NCBI GenBank assembly: GCA_046563655.1
Contig: CM102287.1
Location: 8,246,001 to 8,310,000 of the forward strand
Direction: 5' to 3'
DNA from: Yuukianura sp. NJ FZ-2021
Lineage: Eukaryota
Length of the DNA: 64,000 bases
The notes below the pieces were generated by a model. It ran no database searches, was not told the DNA's origin, and saw only the letters and a list, made by a program, of their open reading frames with translations. The translations under genes were made by a program, and so were the position numbers. Below, piece after piece: positions 56,301 to 64,000 of this stretch. Each line of letters opens with the position of its first letter. The first letter of the stretch is position 1.

Positions 56301-59300
56301 TAAGGATTTGAGCTCTTCAGAAAGTGTCTTGGCTCCCCAAAGTGTCTTGCCTATTAAATCACTTTAAACTCAATTAAACACTTAAGCCTTGTCCCGTGTC
56401 ATAAAATTTTATATTTGAGCTTACCACTGAAGATTTTGACAGAGACGAAGTCTGGGTAGGACTAGGTGAAGCCGAATTCTTCCTCACTCTGCCACTGCTT
56501 CCATTGGAATAAACTGAATTCGGATTATTGGAACGACTTAAGTTGGGGCTGCTAGGTACACCGACCATGGCTCCATTTGTCACACGAGCTCCAAGTAAAG
56601 GCGTCGTCGGCAGAGGGACTGGCGGAGTACTGACTTTATGGAACTTCGTTAGGTCAAACATGAGGTCAATGTAAGAGCGTGCTTTCTGATCGAGATACAG
56701 CGTTATGAGCCCTTCTTGCACAAGTTCCTGGAGTGTAGCATAAGATTTCTCCTTGTCTCCAACATACAGGAATCCCGTTGAGTCATCCCACGACAAAATG
56801 AAATTTTTCAAAAGTCCACAGCACCTAGAACACAAAACAATCGATTTTTTTTTAGTTTCAAAGCTCATCCATCATTTTGTTTTAAAAAGGAAAACTGAAA
56901 CGTAAAACCCACATATTTGTGCCTTGTTTGTTCAAAAAGTCACGACATTTCGCAGCTCAAAATTAAATTACAATTTATAATTACTCATTTAAAATAAAAT
57001 ATCACTTTTTCCTTGTCAGTTTTTTTTAAATTTCCTTAATCCATTCAACTTTCAACCCACATCACTCCAACCATAAAACGAAGATTAAAACCACACAAGA
57101 TTAGACTTCACTTTTTGCGTAATAAGCTTTAACCTCTGCTATTTTCCCCCAAAAGTCATGAGATGACCGACATTGCCAAAATGTTCAACGAACGCCAAAA
57201 CAAGACGATAAGAGCACTCGACAATGGGATGCTGACGCAGTTCTTATGCCCACTAACCAAAAATGGCTAATTTCCTCATTCAACATTTAACTTAGCCTTA
57301 CACTTTTTCAATTTAACACAAAAGCACATCAACAGCAACGAAATTGAGTATTAATCTTGTAAGAAGTCTTCTTTACCCTCAGGGCGCCATTCTTCCCTAC
57401 ATTAAAAATTGACCTCTACTCAAGCAAAGGTTGAGGTGAAGATCATGTCAAGTAGACACAGAGAGTCCAATTATTCCTGAATCAACCCCATCATCATCAT
57501 AGTACTTGTGAATTGTCCATATCCTTTTTTACTAAGAAACCAGTTAAAGAACCAACAACAATAGAAGTTGAACAATGGAGAAAAACAGATTCAAAATTTG
57601 ATTTTGATCAAAATCTTTCTTCCGCTCAATTTCTCTTCCCAGAGAAATTAGAGGGCGGAATAACAATTGGAAATTGGACGTCTCAACTTATTATTATTGC
57701 AATTCCATTAGAACTAGAATTTGTGAAGGGAAATCTGTTCATCATTCTTAAATTGCAACTAAAAACATCAGCATTAACAAAACGAGTTCATTTCAGTTCA
57801 ATTTTTTTCTCCAGAGACGAAACGAAACCAGATATTTAAAAAACCATTAACAAAGAGCAAATGCTATTCATGAGCAACAGCAGAAAACTGAAATCGAAAC
57901 CAAAATGTTGCAGACATTCAACAAAACGTGAAATTGAAACGAATGTAATGAAAATGACACCACACTTCCTACAAAAAGCAAAAAAGCACACTGATGATGA
58001 AGGTAATAAAAAAAAGCTAGAAAGTAGAGGGCCAAAAAACGATGACCTCTTGACCTAAACCGTACCATAAGTACATTTCAATTTCACAGTTATAAATTTA
58101 AGTTTAATATCCAAAGTAACTTCTGCTTCTGCCAATTCGTGATACTACCAACAGCGCCAGAATGTCTTCCTGGACCAGCGCGGCAGAGGCTAAATCTCCT
58201 TCCAAATTCTCTCCATCTACAAACTCATTAAATTTCTTTTTCAAGGATCCACTTAATCTTGTATCTTAATTCTCATGAACTGGACATTAGCTCTCGCTGC
58301 ATGTCCAGTTCATTGCTAGGCTACAACAAAAAAAAAACAACAAAATACAACATCTCGAGAGCTGGACGCATTGCAATCCGACCCAACCCTAGCATAAATT
58401 CAACAATTCCTTAAACCACAAGAATCATTACAATGTAAATGTTCCATTCTCTAGCAAAAATATAAGACTTTTTTTCAGATAAAAAAAAACCGTAAAACAA
58501 CATCAACAAAGTAAGAATCTGCAATTTTCTTATCCAAAATGTCACATTAATGGGCTGGAACGAGTAAGAAATGAAAATTGAAAATGAAACTTTGTTCAAG
58601 GAGAAAGTGAGAGCCTGCAGATTAGATTAAAACCAGAACCACTGGTCGTTTATATAAACTTCACTCTCTGATGATCAATTGAAAAATACTAAAAAATCGA
58701 TACGTAGCAGACAATCGAAAATACTCAAAGTACTTGACTCTGACGCTGGAAGACGGATGACCGTCATGACAAGTTAGACGTCCAATGTTCGTCCAATCTT
58801 ATCCTAAAACCTACAATTCCTTTTACTTCGAATCCCTCACGCAGTTACACTTACAAGTGAATTTCATACATTGATACATTCGGCTAAATTTCACGTGAAA
58901 ATCGCAAAATATTATTTGCTAGTAGTTGAATCAACTCATGTGAAAACTGGTTCAATAAAAGTGTCAATAGCCCTTCAAAACCACTGGTGATAAAAACCTA
59001 CGTCGACAGGACATCTCATCTCTCGTGCGTTTGAATTTGAATTAATCATAATCATGCTCTACACAATTATTCCGCACAACGTCAGTCCATTTTATAACAA
59101 CCAAACAACCCTGAATCAATTCAGAATTGGAAATAGTCGAGTCATGCCAAATCATAAAACTCAACAGAAAATTATTCGAAACAACTTCATGTGAAAAAGC
59201 CTTCAAAATATTTTCAGTTCTGACCATGACTCACTTTTCTGAAAATTAATTCCGAAAATGCTTCAATTTTCTAGAAAAATGTTGCTTTTCAAACAAAAAT

Positions 59301-60048
59301 CCTTCACAATCGCTGCGCGTGATGCTTGAATGCAGCATCCCTACCTAACTTTTCCAAAAAACCAGCCTAAGAGGAAGTGCCTGTGGTTAGTAATTATGCG
59401 GTTAATTATACATTCCAAGTTTTTGGTTTTTGGGCAGAAAAAACCGCACTTAGAAACCATTTAGCACTTAAACCCACAGTATTTCACGTTTTTTAAAAAA
59501 AGTATTGTTATGGGCTTACCTAAAACTGAGAATGAAGTCTTCATCTGACGGATCCTTCTTCCTTACTAGGAACTGTCCATCTTTTTGTAGCAACTTGCTC
59601 GTCTGTGCTTGAGTGAGATACCCGTGGAATGCTTTCCCAAATGGATTGTCTTCCGAAGAAAAGTCCATTAGAGAACGATGATGATCCCAAGTAGAGTTTT
59701 GATTTGGAAGATGATTAGTAGACGTTTCTCTCCTAGTTCCATCCGAATCAGATCCATTATTAAGCCTTGAGTATGCCTCAAATTGTATCTCTCCAGGAAC
59801 AGGCCTTAAAAGGGAAGTGGTCATATTCAACTTTTCATCACTCGAGTTCTCTCCATGGTTGGGCAGCAGGAGTCGCTGGAGGAAGTTGTCAGCCGACGAG
59901 GCTGTGGATGTCGTGGATCCGGAGCTGGAAGACATTAGAGGGCGTGGTCCCATGTCATCGTCTGGACTAGAACGACTTCGACTCCACTCGTCACCGCTGC
60001 AGTAGCTAACACAGGCTGCTCTCGGAGCTTCTCCCACCAGTTTCAACA
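53369..60048 (-). CDS. Chimaerin-like Rac GAP (SH2 - C1 - RhoGAP); first exon lies upstream (candidate ATGG at 61998-61995)
   Basis: Exons (minus): 60048-59520, 56824-56425, 55114-54988, 54893-54642, 53868-53737, 53649-53369, all GT-AG and phase-compatible. SH2: AFHGYL...GQFLVR...KNFIL...LVQEGLITLY. C1: HSFQIHTFQGLSTCQICQNFLWGLSCQGLQCVDCKFNVHESCLERVHCEC. RhoGAP: IFGEDL, EIEKRG, EGIYRVSG (arginine finger), KLFLRHLPQPL, NRMTPFNLSSVFTPSI. Confidence 0.9.
58275..58313. repeat. Perfect 13-bp inverted repeat (hairpin) in a chimaerin intron
   Basis: ATGAACTGGACAT - 13-nt loop - ATGTCCAGTTCAT. Confidence 0.75.
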
Positions 60049-61994
60049 CTGTAAAACAGAAAATATAAAAGGAAAAACATTAGTTGAGGCGTCATCTTCT
60101 CCAATCATCATCATCTTCCTCTTCACACCCTTCATCTATGAGCCCTGGACAAAAATAAAGTGACTTTGACAGACTCCCAATTTCATACACTTCATCTTCT
60201 TATTTGACTTGAGTCAACAGTAAAACAGGCAAACAAAAACCCAATGCCAACAGCTTCCCGCTGGCTTAACACAATTAAAAAACACTCGTGTGTCCTGTCA
60301 AGCCAGTTTTAATGCGTCTTTCCATTTTACTTTGAGCTTCAAATTAGGCTACGCAGCACAATTATTCCCAGTACAAAAAAATATTGCTTTCAGCCTCTCT
60401 AAAGTTACTCCGCTTAGAAGTTACAACCCACAAAATTTATGTTTTTCATTTGTAATAAATCTTAATTAAAATCTGTATTATCTTAAAAAATCGTGCATAT
60501 TTAAAACTTTGTAAATCACAATTAGTACTTTCTCGCGCGACTTACTTGGCCACTTTTAGTTGAGTTGCCAAGCCGTCTACTTTTTAACGTACGGAAGTCA
60601 AAAGTCAAGCTCAAAAAGCTCATGAAGCCAAGCCCAAAAAGCTTTTGCTCCACTTAGCACAGAGCAACTGCATTTGAGAATCTTACACCCAATTAAAGCA
60701 ATAAATCTTGGATCGCTACAAACAAAAAACAGAGAAGTTCAAACGATGCAATAAAAGTTTAACGGCCCAGGCTATAATCACTTTGGCATTGCTTTGATCG
60801 TAACATCTAACAGAAACTGGGCTTTTGCCTCTCCCCTATGCTTTCTGGCCAGTTCAACCGAACCTTTCAACATAAAAAAAAACATACGACACAGATGAAA
60901 AGAAATTGAAGATCTTGACAAGTTGGCATTGAAAGAGAGGAGATGAAAATACTGCCAAGTACTTCTATAAAGTGTCGCCTGGGACTGTTTACTCAAAGCA
61001 AATGAGGAAGATTAATTGACTCTCTTGAAGAAACTTACAAAGTTCTAAACAGTTCTGTAGGTCCCACCTCCACAGAATTGCTTAAAATCTCCCTCCTAGA
61101 ATATTTATAGATCTCGATTTCAAATTTTAATTTACTCAACCTAGTCGTAAGCCCTTCTCCTACTAAAAACTCCTTCACCTCACGATTTCTTGATTTCAAA
61201 CAGCTTCTTTTGGCCAGAAATTGCAAAAGAGGAGGTGCAAAAAGAAAAATGCTTAATGAGACATGTCAGACGGGCAGACCGAAGCTTACTGCGTACAAAA
61301 AGACCATGGAAAGTTACGATAATTGATGTCAGATGGAGACTAGAAGATGTTCACAATTAAACTGAAAGGCTCATATTTCAAACATGAGTTTTTCAAAATC
61401 CAAACTTTTTTTTTCATATTCATTTCATTTTCTTACATTCCGTTTTCCAAAGAGCTGCAGGGATTTTTCGGTCCATCTTTGCCGTCGTCGTCAGAGAGTC
61501 GAGACCAGTTCCTGTACAAGTTTCAAAGAAACGAAAAAAATTAAAATAAAATAACATAATTTTATAGTCGATTGGCAATGGCAAGAAAAACTTAAGAGTG
61601 TCACGTTGTTCGTGCCCTACTGCCACCAAATAAAAATCCTACAACTTTTCTAGACAACACCATTGTACAGGCAGTCCCACTGCCAAAACCCATTAATTTT
61701 CCTTCCTGAATCCTGAATCTTCTCCTACGCGAACACAGCATCCATGAGAGACTTGAAAAAGTTTTAAAAATGAATGAGGTAACGCATCAACAGACGCTAC
61801 AGAATACTCCATTGTTTTAAAATTCAGGAAGAAGTTGCGGGTTGAGATTTTTTTATGGCTGACGACGACTATTTTGCTACACAAGTTGGCTGTGACTGTG
61901 ATAGTTATCACGTTCCTTTGGCAGAGAAGAGGAATTACACAAAACCCTTAATCATGAACTTATGTAGAACTTTTAAGTTGTGTTTAGAACTTAC

Positions 61995-61998
61995 CCAT
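61995..61998 (-). CDS. Candidate 4-nt first coding segment (ATG G) of the chimaerin gene
   Basis: Minus strand reads ...AATACT ATG G|GTAAGT: consensus donor, phase 1, matching the phase-1 acceptor at 60048 (G|TG = Val), with an in-frame TGA upstream. Confidence 0.4.
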
Positions 61999-64000
61999 AG
62001 TATTACGACGATCTCCAATCCTTCACGAATCCAAGGAACCAGAAGACGTGCTGAAATGACAGTTGACAGATTCACAATTTCCGGTATCTGCATATGTAGC
62101 TCAATTTTTTGTAGGGCAGACGATGATCTCTGTTGTTGACAAAACTTTTGTTCTTCTTCTTGTTCTATTCATCCACCTCACTTCACTTGAGGGCGTGCAG
62201 TAAATTGAACTAATTTTTAATGTTGCTGGGAATGGAAGTGGAACGAAGCACGTCGTTTCTCGTAGTTGATTCAATTGTAGTTTCGTTTCCAAACATGCTC
62301 ACTCGTGGGACTGCAGCAAACATTGATGTTATACTGGGACCAGTTGCTTTCTTCTTCAATTGAACGAGGAGTTTAAATCACTGTCTTGCATAGTTCACAC
62401 ATGACGTTATACGACAGTACGTGAGTTAATTCTCTGCAACGAAGAGGCGTTCCTCGTAGGGCCTTTCATTTTTTCCAGCGGTCGTCAGCATCTCCGTCGC
62501 CACTTGGTCTGGAAAGTACAGAAACTGAATCAGCACAATGTTATAACAAAAAGAACAGCGAAACTACTTAGTCAGAGAGGCGCAGCGACAGAAAGAGTTA
62601 TGGGGAATGCAAGGAACCGATATAGTTCAACCCCTTCGACAGTTTCTCAGCTTCTGTTCCTAAATAGCACCAAGAATCGCTAGATTTAACACTTGGAGTC
62701 TGCGCGGTGGAGGGGCTATACTGGAAAACGAGTCTGTTTACAGTCCATGGAACTGGATAAACAAAAATGAGCGATGATAAATCAACACGATCTACGAAAA
62801 GGAAAGAAATTGGCTCCCACCGGAACTGACACTATCTGCCCTAAAACGAACTTCAGCTTTCTCGCGCACTGATTAATGGGGGTAATAACCATGGGTGTGG
62901 TTATAAGAATGCCATCCCCAGGCCATAAATACAAATGGCATATGCTACTGAATGGTAACGCAAAAACCAATTTTGATAATTGAATTCTAACAGAACTGTT
63001 ACAGCTGAGTATCCCGAGATTACAAAAATTGAACAGTTAATACCAACAACGCAACGGCTGGAGTCGTACGGTTACGAATAAAAGTCCAATCTGTCATGTC
63101 AAGTCACACCAGAGGTTCGAGAACTACTGGATCGGCGGCAGATGACACAACACATAAGTAGTTTCCCGAGTTTTTAATAATCCTTGAAGATCCGTTCTAC
63201 GACCGGAAGTTCCATGTTTTCTTAAGAGTAAAATGTGAAAGTAACCTCTTAAACCACCCCGTATCTACTCGGTTAGCTTGGAAAATTGCATTTCCATGTC
63301 ATGCGAGTGAATCATAAATCACGCCCAGACTGTGTACATTTTACAGGGTGGAGTTCATATTCCTTGAACAATAATATATAAACCACCACCATCGTTCATT
63401 GTGTACCTTATGGAAGCTAAATGCACCGGTTGAAGTAACACTTACCAGATAGGTCAATCCTTGGGCTTGCATGTGACCAAAAACCGTCGTCACGGTCATC
63501 AGAGCATGAAGTTAATAATGAGCTTGTACTGCTCGAATGAAGTCATCTGCACAATTCACTTCCGGTAGACTGTGAGGGACTTGTCCTCGGGATGCTCGAA
63601 ATCAGGATGACACTTTATGTGAAGTAGGGGGTGACAGACAAGTATCCTGTCGTCTATCACTGCGTTCCGGTCTGGTGTATGGTGTTCCCGCGTAAGTAAT
63701 CGTGAAGCACAGAAACTATGAAACCAAAATCAGAGACAAAAATTATTTTTGTGAAGAGAGTAAGTGGATACACAACCTACCTCTTCCCAACGTCAATTGA
63801 CAACTGAAGTGGGTTTAGGAGCGGAGGGAAGGCAGCCAGAAGAAACATAATTACACAAAATCCCTTCTAGTCGTTCCCTCCGCTTGCATGCAAAGCCCAA
63901 GGCAAGGCAAACCAATCTACTACTATCATTTGTGCGTGTTGACGTAGTTGAGCGTTACCGTACCGTAAACCTTCCTTCGTTTCCAAAAATTGAGTTTTTC

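Overview
Eukaryotic, AT-rich, intron-containing animal DNA (most likely an arthropod, judging from the Abd-B homeodomain; species not identifiable from the sequence). The window covers the posterior end of a Hox cluster. Abdominal-B (minus strand, 3 coding exons, ~433 aa) lies within ~45 kb of mostly non-coding regulatory DNA. It is followed by three non-Hox genes: a guanine-deaminase-like amidohydrolase (minus, 9 exons), an ER-retained GPx7/8-type glutathione peroxidase (plus, 3 exons, ends in KDEL) and a chimaerin-type SH2-C1-RhoGAP (minus). I built the exon structures by hand from splice signals and frame continuity. Most short ORFs in the track are noise. I found no convincing wholly new multi-gene system. 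The best leads are: a guanine deaminase homolog with a rewired active site (metal-ligand Asp to Asn, plus several substrate-pocket changes); an unusual concentration of perfect nuclear-receptor DR1 elements across the Abd-B locus; a GC-AG intron in the Abd-B homeobox; candidate distal spliced non-coding exons upstream of Abd-B; a single-cysteine GPx; and scattered, strand-biased TTAGG dimers.
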